From: Candidatus Undinarchaeota archaeon
GTDB taxonomy: Archaea; SpSt-1190
DNA: 16,107 bases
NCBI GenBank assembly: GCA_964449215.1
Contig: CAYVAH010000016.1
Location: 1-16,107 of the forward strand
Direction: 5' to 3'
Program-made: the position numbers and the translations under genes
Part shown: positions 15,009 to 16,107 of the stretch, piece after piece
Layout of the letters: each line of letters starts with the position of its first letter
How positions within the stretch are numbered: the first letter of the stretch is position 1
The notes under the pieces: model-generated
The model's database searches: none
The model's input: only the letters and a program-made list of their open reading frames with translations
Told to the model about the DNA's origin: nothing

Positions 15009-15644
15009 CTAAGAATCATATAAACCTATCGAAAACAGCACCAGGGAGCGTGCTATCGACTCTTTGTAGTAACGCTTGAATACTTCGAGCCACTTGCGAT
15101 GCTCCTTCCAGGAGGGCTCCTCCTGGAAGCACGTGTTCATGAGCACAAGGGGGTCAGGGGGAGCGGTGACGCCATTCCCCACCATGCGGCGGACCTGGTT
15201 CCAGAGAAAGCCCCTGGAGAAAAAGTCCACATAGGGGATGCCGTGCGTTTCCCCAACCCGGACATCCAGGGTGCGCACCGTGTCCTTCCTGGAACGGGTA
15301 AAGGCGGCAAAGTCATGCGTGCCCTTGAACCGCAAGAGTGCCTTGGGATCCCCCTCAACAAGAAAATACCTGTAGTGCCTGTGCTTCACCCTCGGCAGCT
15401 TCTCCACCCGGGCCTCCGCCCAGAGAGCCACATCATGCAGTTGCGCGTTCACCCTCCCGAGCTCCACCTTCCTGTCAAGGACCAGCACATTGCCGAGTGC
15501 GGAAACACCGGTATCTGTCCGGGACATGAGCCGGCAGCGACCACCAATAACCCGCTGAAGCTCCCCCTCCACAGTGCGACGGTCCGGCTGGACCTGACTG
15601 CCACTGAACTTCCACCCCAGATAGGCAACCTTGTACAGCCACAT
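15009..15644 (-). CDS. truA: tRNA pseudouridine(38-40) synthase, compact form
   Basis: KVAYLGWKFSGSQVQPDRRTVEGEL, SRTDTGVSALGNV (catalytic Asp), RHYRY, FKGTHDFAAF, FLWNQVRRMV; TGATG coupling to the upstream gene. Confidence 0.93.
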   Translation of the reverse strand: MWLYKVAYLGWKFSGSQVQPDRRTVEGELQRVIGGRCRLMSRTDTGVSALGNVLVLDRKVELGRVNAQLHDVALWAEARVEKLPRVKHRHYRYFLVEGDPKALLRFKGTHDFAAFTRSRKDTVRTLDVRVGETHGIPYVDFFSRGFLWNQVRRMVGNGVTAPPDPLVLMNTCFQEEPSWKEHRKWLEVFKRYYKESIARSLVLFSIGLYDS

Positions 15645-16107
15645 CAGCTTCGCCTCGCATGAACCACAAAACGGAACACCCGTGGAGCAATCTGAATCTC
15701 CCGCCTGACCTCTTCCACTTTAAACAGCTTTTTTATCCCCGCAAGCTTCCCCTCCAGCTCCTCTGCGGTGGAACCCACGTAGAAAACCGCCCTGCCCCCC
15801 GGCTTCAGCACTGAATATGCCTCCCGGGCGAAACCGCCTGAGCCCATGGGCAAAGGAAGAACCACCAGGTCGCAGGGAGGAAGCTCCGCACATCTCTCCC
15901 TCACATCACCGCAGAGCAGCTTCACATTCCTGCATCCATTGACCCTCAGGTTTTCTTCCATATACCTGCAGGCAACCGGGTTAATCTCAATTGCATATAT
16001 CTCCTTGGCCCGGGTGAATCGCGAGAAATACACGGGAATCGGACCCATGCCTGCAAAAAACACAGCCACGACATCACCCGGCTTCACATATTTGAGAAGC
16101 CTGCGAC
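15644..16107 (-). CDS. Trm5/Taw2-family (Met10+-like) SAM-dependent tRNA methyltransferase, 5'-partial; possibly Trm5a type
   Basis: VAVFFAGMGP, IYAIEINPVACRYMEENLRVN, GDVRE, DLVVLPLP, IAPRVFRFVV. The frame stays open to the window edge (RRLLKYVKPG). Confidence 0.85.
   Translation of the reverse strand, partial: RRLLKYVKPGDVVAVFFAGMGPIPVYFSRFTRAKEIYAIEINPVACRYMEENLRVNGCRNVKLLCGDVRERCAELPPCDLVVLPLPMGSGGFAREAYSVLKPGGRAVFYVGSTAEELEGKLAGIKKLFKVEEVRREIQIAPRVFRFVVHARRS

Overview
Archaeal genomic DNA, most likely from a DPANN-type archaeon (inferred from archaeal-type GlyRS, Rpo6, EndA, TmcA and RNase HII with a PIP box, TATA boxes about 21-30 nt before start codons, very tight gene packing and compact enzymes). 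The right half is mostly housekeeping or tRNA-related: rnhB, tmcA, glyS, rpo6, truA and a partial Trm5-family methyltransferase. It also holds a calcineurin-like metallophosphoesterase split at an A6 run and a degenerate, membrane-anchored DUF151/BFN-like gene. The left half is largely uncharacterised: a hairpin-rich non-coding segment (14-190); a tandem array of related membrane proteins (215-3052) made of two paralogous larger proteins, one with a dockerin/EF-hand-like Ca2+ loop, then one intact and one split copy of a smaller multi-TM protein; endA with an upstream coiled-coil/winged-helix gene; a coupled pair of coiled-coil proteins; and a 700-aa protein with a C-terminal Gly/Ala hydrophobic segment coupled to a rhomboid protease. 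No CRISPR array, tRNA, rRNA or transposase was recognised. All family calls come from motif recognition by eye; no searches were run.
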